Below are positions 1 to 9,652 of a stretch of 58,445 nucleotides of DNA, piece by piece (position 1 is the stretch's first letter; each line of letters starts with the position of its first letter). Source of the stretch: an uncultured Clostridia bacterium. Its GTDB lineage: Bacteria; Bacillota; Clostridia; Christensenellales; UBA1242. The notes under the pieces were generated by a model, which did no database searches, was not told the origin of the DNA, and was given only the letters and a program-made list of their open reading frames with translations. The stretch is from assembly GCA_944350095.1 (NCBI GenBank), contig CALVOB010000018.1, positions 1 through 58,445 of the forward strand. Reading direction: 5' to 3'. The translations under genes were made by a program, and so were the position numbers.

Positions 1-915
1 GACTGGACAATAAATCAAATTTCAAGAATGCTTCGAAGTCCGTATTATTGCGGAAAGGTCTATGCTGACAACACAGTTTATACAAATATCTATCCACCGA
101 TTATTAGTGAATAATTGTTTGATAGAGTTAACAAAAGTTTGCAAACAGGTAAACGCACAGCAGCACAAAAGAAAGCACCAGTTCCTTTTATTTTGTCAGG
201 CAAACTTGTTTGTGGTAAATGCAAAGCAAATATGACTGGCGACAGCGGAACAGGAAGAAATGGTATTCACTATTATTACAAATGCGTGAACAGAAAAAGA
301 AATCATACTTGTGATAAAAAGAGTGTTGAGAAAGATTATATTGAAAACTATGTTGTTTGTGCTGTGAAAGAGTTTTTAAAACATAATAGACAACTGAAAG
401 AATTATCACAAGCAGTTGCGAATATATTTAACGAATATATCGGCAAAGATGTGGTGTTAAATTCTCTTAATGCACAAATGAAAGAGATAGATAGACAACT
501 CAACAATTTAGCAAATGCAGTGGCAAACGGAATATTCTCAAAAACAACAAATCAAAAACTTAACGAACTTGAACAAGAAAAAGAAGATTTAGAAATTAAA
601 ATTGCAAGACAAAAAATAAAGACAATCACTCCGCTTGATGCTGACAAAGTTTACAATTGGTTTTTATCATTTCAAAACATTGACACAACCGACAAACTTG
701 CTTGTAAAAGAATGATTGATATGTTTGTGAACAAGATAGTTTTGTATGATGATTATTTTGACATATATTTCAACACTTCGGACGATGAAAGCAAAAATAT
801 TAAACTTGACAATCCGGAAGATTTTGAAGAGATAGAAAAAGAGCAACCCAGCGGTTCGGATTGCTCTCACTTGGTGCCGAAGGCGGGACTTGAACCCGCA
901 CATGGTTGCCCATAA
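1..915 (+). pseudogene. Large serine recombinase, C-terminal ~300 codons (5' end outside window), interrupted by in-frame TAA at 112-114
   Basis: Frame 1 reads DWTINQISRMLRSPYYCGKVY..YPPIISE-TAA-LFDRVNK. It continues into a CGKC..YYYKC..HTC zinc-ribbon and a coiled-coil tail typical of large serine recombinases. The ORF tail overlaps tRNA-Leu. Confidence 0.7.
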
Positions 916-957
916 CGGATTTTGAGTCCGTCGCGTCTGCCATTCCACCACTTCGGC
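872..957 (-). tRNA. tRNA-Leu (anticodon CAA), long variable arm, CCA encoded
   Basis: The reverse complement folds as a cloverleaf. Acceptor is GCCGAAG/CTTCGGC, anticodon stem ACGGA/TCCGT with loop CTCAAAA, variable arm ATGG-GCAA-CCAT, T arm GCGGG-TTCAAGT-CCCGC, 3' ACCA. Confidence 0.9.
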
Positions 958-1021
958 AAATTCTTAGTTAGTTTATCACAATTACTTTTACTTTGCAAGT
1001 GTTTTAAACTAACTATATTTT

Positions 1022-1522
1022 TTATACATAATTATCTTCTAATTCTTTAAACTCTAAGCCTAATTTTTCTTTTGCTATTCTTACTGCCTCTTCAACTTGC
1101 AATCTACCCTCCTCTCCCCAATGTAATAACTCTATTGCTTTTTGTGGAGTAGTTAATAATCTTTTGTAAGTTTCCCCATTATCTGGGTCTGGTTGAAGAG
1201 GTCCAATTTTTTCTATTACTGCAACCATTCTAACTTGTGCGTAATGCGGAGTTCCATTCCCCTCATCAACTTCCTGATATCCAATTAAAACAGGAGTTTT
1301 AACTGTTGTATTGACCTCTTCTATCACTTCGCGTCTTAAAGTTCCTTCAATTCCATTATCATAACTTTCAGGCCTACCTCCAGCAAGTGAAAAGTAATCT
1401 TCATTTTGGTTTTGTACATGTCTTAATAATGTTCTTCCGTCTTCAGAAAAAAGTATACCATAAACTTGTTTAATTTTTAAATCTTTTGGCACTTCGCCAT
1501 TATGCCATGTATATGTAACCAT
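1022..1522 (-). CDS. NUDIX hydrolase
   Basis: Nudix box GGRPESYDNGIEGTLRREVIEEVN. Start moved to the ATG at 1522, 8 nt after GGAGG; the track start is a TTG inside the RBS. Confidence 0.7.
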   Translation of the reverse strand: MVTYTWHNGEVPKDLKIKQVYGILFSEDGRTLLRHVQNQNEDYFSLAGGRPESYDNGIEGTLRREVIEEVNTTVKTPVLIGYQEVDEGNGTPHYAQVRMVAVIEKIGPLQPDPDNGETYKRLLTTPQKAIELLHWGEEGRLQVEEAVRIAKEKLGLEFKELEDNYV

Positions 1523-1580
1523 ATTATTTACCTCCAAATATGTATATTATCATAAACTTTTTAAATTTACAAAGAAATTC

Positions 1581-1609
1581 TTGTAATTTTTTTTACTAAG
1601 CTATATAAT
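1581..1609 (+). promoter_or_regulatory. Sigma-70-type promoter TTGTAA-17 nt-TATAAT
   Basis: The hexamers are read directly. The -10 ends 6 nt before the ATG at 1616. Confidence 0.5.
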
Positions 1610-1615
1610 ATTTTT

Positions 1616-1765
1616 ATGAATAAATTAGAACTTTTAAAAATTGCAGAACTTCAAGACAGCGAAGCTTTTTATGAACAGGATTTTGATGAAAAACAAAGCG
1701 AAAAGTATTCAGACTTTTATGACGATATAAAACAACCCAAAAATTATATAAAGGAAGATTGGTAA
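1616..1765 (+). CDS. Small acidic ORF (49 aa), possibly leaderless, coupled to the radical SAM gene
   Basis: MNKLELLKIAELQDSEAFYEQDFDEKQSEKYSDFYDDIKQPKNYIKEDW. No SD. The stop TAA lies 1 nt before the ATG at 1767. It is below the ORF-track size cutoff. Confidence 0.3.
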   Translation: MNKLELLKIAELQDSEAFYEQDFDEKQSEKYSDFYDDIKQPKNYIKEDW

Positions 1766-1766
1766 A

Positions 1767-2624
1767 ATGAATTGCAATCTTTGCCCTAGAAGATGCGGAA
1801 TTAATAGAGAAGAAAAAATAGGATTCTGCGGTGAAAAAAATTTAATAAAAATAGCAAATTTTAGTTTGCATAACTGGGAAGAACCCTGTATTTCTTACGA
1901 AAAAGGCAGTGGTGCTATTTTTTTTAGTGGTTGCAGTTTAAAATGCGTTTATTGTCAGAATTATGAGATTAGTTCACAAGGTGTTGGCCAAACAATTACA
2001 GTGCAAGATTTAGCAAATATCTTTAAAGAGTTAGATAAAAAAGCAGATAATATAAATCTTGTAAACCCTACTCACTTTTCAAATTTAATTATTGAAGCAC
2101 TTAAAATTTACAAACCTAAAAATCCTGTAATTTACAATACACATGGATATGAAATTGAAGAGGAAATAGAAAAACTATCCCCTTATATTGATATTTTTCT
2201 TACAGATTTAAAGTATTATAGTTCAGAACTATCATTAAAATATTCTGGTGTAAAAGACTATTTTGAAGTTGCAACAAAAGCCCTTAAAAAAATGATAGTT
2301 TTAAAACCAACTATTATAGATAACGGAAAACTTTTACAAGGTGTTATAGTAAGGCATTTACTACTACCTAATTTTATAGAAGATAGTAAAAAAATTTTGG
2401 AATATTTAGCAAAAAATCATAGCGAGGTAACCCTTTCTCTTATGGCTCAGTATACTCCTTACGGCAGAGCAAAAGACTTTCCTGAAATAAATAGAAAAAT
2501 AACAGCTCATGAATATAATGAGCTTGTAGATTACGCCATAAAACTAGGATTAGATGGCTATATGCAAGAATTATCTTCTGCTGATGAATGTTATATACCT
2601 AAATTTTCAAACAAAGTTATTTAA
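1767..2624 (+). CDS. Radical SAM protein, PflX/YjjW-like (putative glycyl-radical activating enzyme family)
   Basis: N-terminal CNLCPRRCGINR..GFCG motif and radical SAM cluster CSLKCVYCQN. Confidence 0.75.
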   Translation: MNCNLCPRRCGINREEKIGFCGEKNLIKIANFSLHNWEEPCISYEKGSGAIFFSGCSLKCVYCQNYEISSQGVGQTITVQDLANIFKELDKKADNINLVNPTHFSNLIIEALKIYKPKNPVIYNTHGYEIEEEIEKLSPYIDIFLTDLKYYSSELSLKYSGVKDYFEVATKALKKMIVLKPTIIDNGKLLQGVIVRHLLLPNFIEDSKKILEYLAKNHSEVTLSLMAQYTPYGRAKDFPEINRKITAHEYNELVDYAIKLGLDGYMQELSSADECYIPKFSNKVI

Positions 2625-3037
2625 AAATTATAATCAGGCTCATTTGTTCTATAATCATTATATGTTTTATAAATTTTTTCACTAATTTTTACTTCTTTTA
2701 TAAACCCGTAATTTATGTTTGCAAGTTTTAATGCTTCTTTATTATCTGTAAATAGTGCTTTTGTTTCTAAAATGTTTGAATTGTCCTTAAAACCTTTAAC
2801 AATAAATAAAGTTGCATTATGATTAATTTCAGACAAAGAACTTGCTATTTTTTCTATATACTCTCCACTTTTATTTTTTAAAGCGTTGTATTCTTCTAAA
2901 TTTTCAAAAATTATAATTCTTGATTTTAAAACATTAGGCAAACACTTTTTAGCCTCATCTAAACTAAAAAAACTAGCCACAACTTCAATGCCATCTACCC
3001 AATTATGATAAGCTTTATAAGAAGTTAATTTAAACAT
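2621..3037 (-). CDS. Hypothetical protein (138 aa)
   Basis: Clean ORF with an upstream TTGACA-17-TAAATT promoter (about 3051-3079). No recognisable motif. Confidence 0.5.
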   Translation of the reverse strand: MFKLTSYKAYHNWVDGIEVVASFFSLDEAKKCLPNVLKSRIIIFENLEEYNALKNKSGEYIEKIASSLSEINHNATLFIVKGFKDNSNILETKALFTDNKEALKLANINYGFIKEVKISEKIYKTYNDYRTNEPDYNF

Positions 3038-3078
3038 AAAATCTCCTAACTAAAATTTATCAAATAAATATAAATTTG

Positions 3079-3840
3079 TCAACCCAAGCATATATCTAAT
3101 GTCATCATAAGCAAAAAACCTATTATAAACGAAACAGTACCCAACATGCTTTTACCTTCCGACTGACTTTCAGGCAAAAGTTCTTTTACTGTAACATAAA
3201 CCATGGCTCCAGCCGAAAAAGCAAGCAAATATGGAAGTATTCCCGTTATAGATCCTATCAAAAGTACTGTAATCATTCCACCGATTGGCTCTACAATACC
3301 TGAAATTGCGCCAAAAGAAAAAGCCTTAAACCTACTCATTCCCTCATTTCTTAAAGGAAGCGAAATAGTAGCTCCCTCTGGAATATTTTGAATAGCCATA
3401 CCTATTGCAAGTGTAAATGCAGTAGTTATTCCTGAATTTTCTATGCAAGCTAGTGCAAGTGCAAGCCCAACTGCCATGCCCTCGGGTATATTATGAAGTG
3501 TTACTGCTATAAAAAGTACCCCAGAGCGTTTAAATGTTAGATTTTTACGCTTTTCATAATAACTTAATATCTTTTCAACTAAAAATATAAACAAACAGCC
3601 TGCAACAAATCCTATTAGCACAGGAAAAATTGGTAAAACTCCGCTTTCAGTTGCCATATCAACAGCTGGAAGAATAAGGGACCAAACAGCCGCTGCAAGC
3701 ATTATACCAGAAGAAAAACCAAGACATAATTTATGAAATGTAGGTTTTATTCCTTTAACAAAAAAAACAACACTAGCCCCAAGAACTGTTGCTAGAAATG
3801 TTATGCCCGTTCCTATTAGTACATATAAATAAACATTCAT
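3079..3840 (-). CDS. zupT: ZIP-family zinc transporter
   Basis: Multi-TM protein with HNIPEGMAVG and QNIPEG motifs typical of ZupT. Confidence 0.8.
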   Translation of the reverse strand: MNVYLYVLIGTGITFLATVLGASVVFFVKGIKPTFHKLCLGFSSGIMLAAAVWSLILPAVDMATESGVLPIFPVLIGFVAGCLFIFLVEKILSYYEKRKNLTFKRSGVLFIAVTLHNIPEGMAVGLALALACIENSGITTAFTLAIGMAIQNIPEGATISLPLRNEGMSRFKAFSFGAISGIVEPIGGMITVLLIGSITGILPYLLAFSAGAMVYVTVKELLPESQSEGKSMLGTVSFIIGFLLMMTLDICLG

Positions 3841-3900
3841 AGACTGACCCCACTATCAGCCTATGAATGTTTTTGTTATTTGGTTAAACATATTTTAAAC

Positions 3901-3984
3901 GCACGGAAATGCCGAGCCGTAGTCTCGGCTGAAAACCGCAAAAGCGGTTTTCTAAATTTTGCAAAGCAAAATTTGTTTCCGTGC
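3901..3984 (-). repeat. Four-way-junction palindromic element (subfamily II copy)
   Basis: Outer stem GCACGGAAA/TTTCCGTGC encloses GCCGAG/CTCGGC, AAAACCGC/GCGGTTTT and AAATTTTGC/GCAAAATTT hairpins. It begins 14 nt after the stop of the 1883-aa gene. Confidence 0.7.
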
Positions 3985-3998
3985 CAAGTAAACAAAGC

Positions 3999-6900
3999 TT
4001 ACTGTTTTTTCCAACATGCATAAAGTGTGGTATCGCTTTGCACATTTTCAAGAATAGTAATTCCACTTTTAGTACTTATGTCATTAAATGGTTCTAATCC
4101 CCAACTTTCAGTTTTAAAGGTATTGGTTTTACTAATTCTTGTATATTTTCTTTGAGTTGTAGATACAAATTGAGTTAAATCTAAACTATCACCTTGAAGA
4201 ACTTTAACAGATTGAACTTCTGTTGGTGCACTTACTAAAATGCCTTTGCTTACCCAGCCTATTGGAATATACCATCTTGTATCAAATGTTATAGTAAAAT
4301 ATTCTCTTTCCAAAATTTCCCAATCAGCAATTATCGTTATATTTTTATTTGGCATTATAAAATCTATTTCAATGTCAGAAATATAATCAATAAAAGTATA
4401 ATCTATACGAATTTTTCCATCATCGTAAACATAACTATTTTGCAATGGTAAATTATAAGACTGCCCTTGATAAAGCGAAATTTCACTGTTTATAATTTCC
4501 CCATAATCTGATATAACTTTTAAAGTGTATTTGTTTCTTACAAACAACTTTAAATTTTCATCTGGCATAACTGAAATATTGTATTCATATTCAAAACAAT
4601 TATCTAAATAATATTTTGTTTCAGCATTTAATTTATCAAGCTCTGGGAGGATAATTTCTTCTCCACTTTTAATACGAACTGAATACAAAAGTTCTTCTCT
4701 ATCATAAATGCTTAATTCTTTTGTTATTTCTACACTTTCAACTTTCCAAATTGCAGTTAAGGTTTTATTCTGAGTTGGCATAGCGTTTGCAGAAAAAATT
4801 TGACCGCTTTCATCTTGCCAACCTTGGAAAGAATAAGTTGTTGTTATGTCACCATTTGTTTCTTGCTTAAAGCTATAAGTAGGAAGCTCTATATATTCAC
4901 CTTCTAGCTTTGTAATGTTTAAAGGTCCATCTATCCCACCCAGTAATGTTAAAGTTCTATAATATTCAGTTATAATATCCCACTTTGCATATAGGGTTAA
5001 ATCTCCCCTAGGCATTACATTTAATGTAAACTTTTCCTTATATTCTTGTGAATAATACCAACCTTGAAAATAATAAGATTTTTTTGTGATTTTGTCATCT
5101 AAAACAAAATTATTAATAGTAGGAATAGATATTTCTTCGCCCACTCCTGCTTCAATTGAAACGGGAGTATTTTGATATTCAGTTACAAAGCTTAACGTAT
5201 ACTTCTTTTCGCTTGCTAGTCCCCAATTTCCATCACTAGCCTCATAAAATTGATTTTCTTTATAAGGATATTCTTCTATAAAGTTATTAATATTAGAAAT
5301 ATCCAACTCATCACCAATATTAACTAAGCTTAAATCATTAGTCTTTAAATTTAATTCAAAGGCACTAGCAATTGGCATATAAATATCAAAACACAATTTG
5401 CTAAAATAATCTTTATTATCAACAATAGTTGTATAAAAATCTAATGTTGCACTATCTAACATATCATTGTTTGCAATTTCAGCCAAATTGATTACTATTG
5501 TTTGACAACTTTCATTATTTTTATAATCTAATAAGATTTTACTTATATCAATAGGCGTTTCTCGGTTCATAGATTTTTCTATCGCCTTATTTATTTCACT
5601 CATTATGTCGTCACTAAAACCAAAACCATACTGTAAAAAATAATACATAGGGTCTGCCATTAGTTCAACTGTTGAAATTTTTAATGTTTTCTCGTAAGTT
5701 CTACTAGCAAAAATTGTTTGATTAACAATATCTTTTCTATAAAAATAAACAAAATCATTTGCATAGTAAACTTCTAATTTTCTACTTTTAACTGATGTAT
5801 CTCCCGTTTTATATGGAACATCATTATTTACATTTATTTTTGTAAATCCTGTTACATTGGAACCTATTACAGGAATTTCAAAGCTTGCATATATAATTGG
5901 TTCTCCATCAATTAACTTAACATTAACTAGCATAGGAATATCCATATTTATATCAATTCCTATTACAGAGGCAACAACATTAATTGTGCCTTTAATTTGA
6001 AAATCATTTAAACTTGTTGTGTTTAAAATCGATTTTAACAACTTACTACTATTAGAAATATCTATAAAACTATCAAGTTCTGTTAAATATGGAACACTTA
6101 CAAAATTATTTTTGGTAATTACGGCATTAAAATATGTAGTTGAATTTATAAATATGTTGTTTAATTCTACGCTTTCTAATCCGCTTTCATTGGTATATAA
6201 AATCACATTCATTTCTTTTTGAATATCGCTAATTTTATCACCATTTAAATTTAATTTAAAAGCATTTCCCTCTATACTCATAGATTTAATTAATTCTAGC
6301 AAACTTAACGGATTGCCAAAATCAATTTCTGGAATTAAATTTTGAATATTATCAAAGTTTATATCTTCCCCAATACTATCAAGGAAAGGTATACTTTCTG
6401 GGTTTATTCCTAAAATTTGAAGAGCTAAACTTAAAATTTCTTTTAATGATGAAATACTTACACTAATTTTAAGTTCTTTATATTTTGCATATAAAACATT
6501 ATTTACAACATATATTTCAACAATTTCTTCATTAGCACTAACTTTACCATACAAAGTAAACTCTTTTTCAGCACTGAAAACTAAATTAATATTTATGTGT
6601 TGTAAATTACCATTATCATAAATTAATGTATCAGCAGTTATGTTAAAATTCTTTTCTTTGATAGTGTTTAAAATATTTGAAACAACATTTGTTATTTTAG
6701 TATAAGGTTGATAATTATCAAAATCAACATTTTCAAAAATTATTTTATCAAAATTAGTACAATTAATATCTATATTAAAATCATTAGAATTGTAATTTAT
6801 TTTGTTAATAAATTCGTCAAAATATAGTTTTAAAGATGAACCATTGTTTAAGTTTATATTGGTATAACCATTTATAGTTTCTATGTTTGTAATAAAATCT

Positions 6901-9650
6901 AAATTTAAAGAAGATAAATCAAATTCTTGTATGTTCAAATTTAAATTTGTATTAAAGGTATTATTTATATAAGCTATCAAATCGTTAATATCATCTGTAA
7001 GAATATAAACTTTTAAACCTGCAATATTCAAATAGAAAGTTTGATTTAAATAGTAAATTTCAATATTTAAACCTTTAAAAGTTGTGTTTATATAAGCTAG
7101 TATTTCATCTACAAAAGATATGGCATAGCTAACTTTTATTGTGTTTTTTTCTTCAAACATTGTAAAGTTGAGTGTTAAATCTCCGCTAATATAGCCCTTT
7201 TCAAAAGTGTTTTTAGTTGCAGAAAGCAATGGCAATATTTCTACAATATCTATATAATATTCATTATCAACTGTAACAGTTTTTTCACTACAAAGTGTAA
7301 TATCTCCGCTTAAATCTATATATTTTAGTTTAATATCATTTATTTTGTTATCTTTTAAATTTAAATATAAATTAAAATCTTCAAAAGTTATATTAAATGA
7401 ATTTTCATTGTAATTAATTATTAAATTTTTAATTATTTCTTCAATATTTTCTTTTGATATTTCATCTTTTAAATCTAATATCTTTTCTTTATAATTTGTT
7501 AAATTTAATTCAAATTCATTTTCAATAAATTCTATTAATTTATTAACTTCATTTAAATTACATGTTATTTTTAATCCATTAAATTCTGCAAAAATAATAT
7601 TATTTATTATTTTTATATTTACTATTAAATCATTATAGCTTAAAACTAAATCTGCATTTATTTGATTATTATTTAAACCTAGATAACCGGAAATTAAAAT
7701 GTTTTTGTAACTAAACAAGATATCAAAATTATAATTATTTGAATTTATGTAAGCAGTTATATTTTTAATTAATTCTTCTACATTTTTAAAATCAACATAA
7801 TCATTTTCAATAGATATGTTTAAAGGTTCGTTGTTTAAAACATTTAAGTTTAATTTTACATTTAAATCTTTGTATTGTAAATCAGCCCCTGTTATTACAT
7901 TTCCGTTATGATATAAACTAATTTCAGCATCAAATGTTTGCAAATATAATCCATTAACTAAGAATGTAAAGTTTTCTATTAATTTTTCACTATTTAAAAT
8001 TTCATCAAAAGACATGTCTTGCATATTTATTTTAAATAAATCTGCCATGTTATCTAAAAGTTTTTCTAAATCGTTAAAACTTGCTTTAAGTTTTATACCA
8101 TTAACATTTAAATAAATAGTATTTTCAAGTATAGTTACTTTTAAATCCAATCCTAAATAGTTTGTATTAAATATAGCTTTTATGCCATTTTCAAAATTTA
8201 TTGAATATTCAATATTAAGTTTTTCATTTAAATAATAAATCTCAATATTTCCTGCAAAATTTGTTTTAGAAATTGTGTTTAAAATAGGGTCAACAAATTC
8301 TAAAATATTGTTAGCATTTAGGTATTCTTCTTCAATTATATTTATTGTTTTGTTTTCATAACTAAATAATAATTGCACTTCACTGCTATTTATCATAAAT
8401 GAAACACTATTCAAAATTTCATCTTTAACATTTACTACAATATCAATATCATTTATGCTTATTGTTATCTCATCATCTACCCTAGTAATTTCTTTTATAT
8501 TTAAAATTGCTTTTAATAAATCACCTTGGTTTTCAATATTGTTAAAAGCATCTATTAAGGATAAATCTAAATCAACAAATTTTTTTATAGCATTTAAATA
8601 CTCATTATAATCTGCAATTTCAGCTTTAAACTTTAAATTCCCAAAGCCTGCAAAAAGCATTTCATTCTGATAAGCAAGCAGTAAATTTTTATTAAATATG
8701 TTAGTTGTAATTTGAGCTTTAAAATTATTACTTTTGTCTACAAATAAGTTTCCACTAAAATTTTGGCTTCCACAAACATTTATATTAACATCTATAAAAT
8801 CTTGTTTAAGTGTATTTGCTAAAACCTTTATTAGATTTGCACTTTCTGTTATATCAACAAAATTTTTATCTTGCGGTATTTCAATAATTTGACCTGCATT
8901 TATATCTTTAAGCCCTAACGATGCATTTATGAAAGTGTTTTCCAATTTTAAATTTTCTATATAAATTTTTGTTATGTTGTAATTTAAATCTGTTTGTATT
9001 TTTATTTCAATGTTATCCGAAACTTTAAGAGTTAAAAGCTTGTAATTTTCAAAACTTTCTTCAGAAAGCATACTTTCCAAATCATTTAATATTGACATAT
9101 CAAAATTTTCTATCAAACTATCTAAATCGCCAACTTCTATACCAAAAGCTTGCAAAGCTATTATTGTTCCAGAAATAAAGGAAGAAGCATTAAATGTATA
9201 ATTATAATCATTTAAAGATATGTAAATTTGATCATTTTTATAAAGCAAAAATAGTTCATAATTTTCACTATTATAACTAACATTTATATTAGCCTCAACT
9301 TCTGCACCTGTATAACCTTCATATAAAACAACTTTTAAATTGCCATCTATAAATGTATCTGAATTATTTTCATTATTAAGTGTTAAGTTTAAATCTGTTG
9401 AAAAATTTTGCATTGCCATCAAATTGTTTACAACATTAGCAAAAGCTGATGGCTCCTCTTCTTCTATATCTAATTTAGGCACATCAATTGAAGATGTAGT
9501 ATCTGTTCCTAAAACAATAACAAAACCAAAACAAAATGATAAAAGAACATACACCCCCATGTATGCAAAAAATCTTTTAAAAGAAAACTTTTTTTTCTTT
9601 TTTTCTTTCTTTTTTTCAATTTCCTCTACTCTTATATCTAAATCTTTCAA
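3999..9650 (-). CDS. Giant membrane-anchored surface protein (1883 aa) with about 7 internal modules and C-terminal Listeria-Bacteroides (Flg_new) repeats
   Basis: TTG start 6 nt after GGAG, with an N-terminal TM helix. A recurring ~170-aa module ends in IY(L/I)x(V/I)xG(L/I)K. About 5 C-terminal repeats follow the F-GW..MP..L-A-W pattern. Confidence 0.85.
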   Translation of the reverse strand: MKDLDIRVEEIEKKKEKKKKKFSFKRFFAYMGVYVLLSFCFGFVIVLGTDTTSSIDVPKLDIEEEEPSAFANVVNNLMAMQNFSTDLNLTLNNENNSDTFIDGNLKVVLYEGYTGAEVEANINVSYNSENYELFLLYKNDQIYISLNDYNYTFNASSFISGTIIALQAFGIEVGDLDSLIENFDMSILNDLESMLSEESFENYKLLTLKVSDNIEIKIQTDLNYNITKIYIENLKLENTFINASLGLKDINAGQIIEIPQDKNFVDITESANLIKVLANTLKQDFIDVNINVCGSQNFSGNLFVDKSNNFKAQITTNIFNKNLLLAYQNEMLFAGFGNLKFKAEIADYNEYLNAIKKFVDLDLSLIDAFNNIENQGDLLKAILNIKEITRVDDEITISINDIDIVVNVKDEILNSVSFMINSSEVQLLFSYENKTINIIEEEYLNANNILEFVDPILNTISKTNFAGNIEIYYLNEKLNIEYSINFENGIKAIFNTNYLGLDLKVTILENTIYLNVNGIKLKASFNDLEKLLDNMADLFKINMQDMSFDEILNSEKLIENFTFLVNGLYLQTFDAEISLYHNGNVITGADLQYKDLNVKLNLNVLNNEPLNISIENDYVDFKNVEELIKNITAYINSNNYNFDILFSYKNILISGYLGLNNNQINADLVLSYNDLIVNIKIINNIIFAEFNGLKITCNLNEVNKLIEFIENEFELNLTNYKEKILDLKDEISKENIEEIIKNLIINYNENSFNITFEDFNLYLNLKDNKINDIKLKYIDLSGDITLCSEKTVTVDNEYYIDIVEILPLLSATKNTFEKGYISGDLTLNFTMFEEKNTIKVSYAISFVDEILAYINTTFKGLNIEIYYLNQTFYLNIAGLKVYILTDDINDLIAYINNTFNTNLNLNIQEFDLSSLNLDFITNIETINGYTNINLNNGSSLKLYFDEFINKINYNSNDFNIDINCTNFDKIIFENVDFDNYQPYTKITNVVSNILNTIKEKNFNITADTLIYDNGNLQHININLVFSAEKEFTLYGKVSANEEIVEIYVVNNVLYAKYKELKISVSISSLKEILSLALQILGINPESIPFLDSIGEDINFDNIQNLIPEIDFGNPLSLLELIKSMSIEGNAFKLNLNGDKISDIQKEMNVILYTNESGLESVELNNIFINSTTYFNAVITKNNFVSVPYLTELDSFIDISNSSKLLKSILNTTSLNDFQIKGTINVVASVIGIDINMDIPMLVNVKLIDGEPIIYASFEIPVIGSNVTGFTKINVNNDVPYKTGDTSVKSRKLEVYYANDFVYFYRKDIVNQTIFASRTYEKTLKISTVELMADPMYYFLQYGFGFSDDIMSEINKAIEKSMNRETPIDISKILLDYKNNESCQTIVINLAEIANNDMLDSATLDFYTTIVDNKDYFSKLCFDIYMPIASAFELNLKTNDLSLVNIGDELDISNINNFIEEYPYKENQFYEASDGNWGLASEKKYTLSFVTEYQNTPVSIEAGVGEEISIPTINNFVLDDKITKKSYYFQGWYYSQEYKEKFTLNVMPRGDLTLYAKWDIITEYYRTLTLLGGIDGPLNITKLEGEYIELPTYSFKQETNGDITTTYSFQGWQDESGQIFSANAMPTQNKTLTAIWKVESVEITKELSIYDREELLYSVRIKSGEEIILPELDKLNAETKYYLDNCFEYEYNISVMPDENLKLFVRNKYTLKVISDYGEIINSEISLYQGQSYNLPLQNSYVYDDGKIRIDYTFIDYISDIEIDFIMPNKNITIIADWEILEREYFTITFDTRWYIPIGWVSKGILVSAPTEVQSVKVLQGDSLDLTQFVSTTQRKYTRISKTNTFKTESWGLEPFNDISTKSGITILENVQSDTTLYACWKKQ

Positions 9651-9652
9651 AA

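Noticed and set aside
112-114. In-frame TAA in the recombinase as evidence of stop-codon reassignment or an alternative genetic code
   Set aside because: All other genes give long uninterrupted ORFs under the standard code, and many end in TAA (for example the 1883-aa, capsid and portal genes). A single nonsense mutation or a sequencing error is the simpler explanation.
965-1015. 11-bp inverted repeat TAGTTAGTTTA/TAAACTAACTA between tRNA-Leu and the NUDIX gene as an att or recombination site
   Set aside because: It lies on the chromosomal side of the tRNA, away from the recombinase. It is most simply an AT-rich terminator-like hairpin for the NUDIX gene, and no matching repeat was seen elsewhere in the window.
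1616-1765. Small ORF upstream of a radical SAM gene as a RiPP precursor
   Set aside because: The radical SAM protein looks like the PflX/YjjW activating-enzyme family and has no SPASM or RiPP-recognition features. The peptide has no Cys, Ser or Thr-rich core. It is retained only as a possible leaderless small ORF.
2621-2624. Three convergent gene pairs overlap by exactly 4 nt at their stop codons (2621-2624, 29908-29911, 54174-54177)
   Set aside because: Judged to be ordinary genome compaction at TTAA/CTAA stop-on-stop sites. There is no evidence of a specific regulatory role.
3901-3984. Four-way-junction elements (also 25906, 42732, 53140) as tRNA, tmRNA-like genes or retron msr/msd
   Set aside because: They have no T-loop GTTCRA, no D-loop and no 7-nt anticodon loop geometry, and their loops are mostly 2-4 nt. 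No reverse transcriptase is present in the window. They are kept as an unexplained structured repeat family instead.
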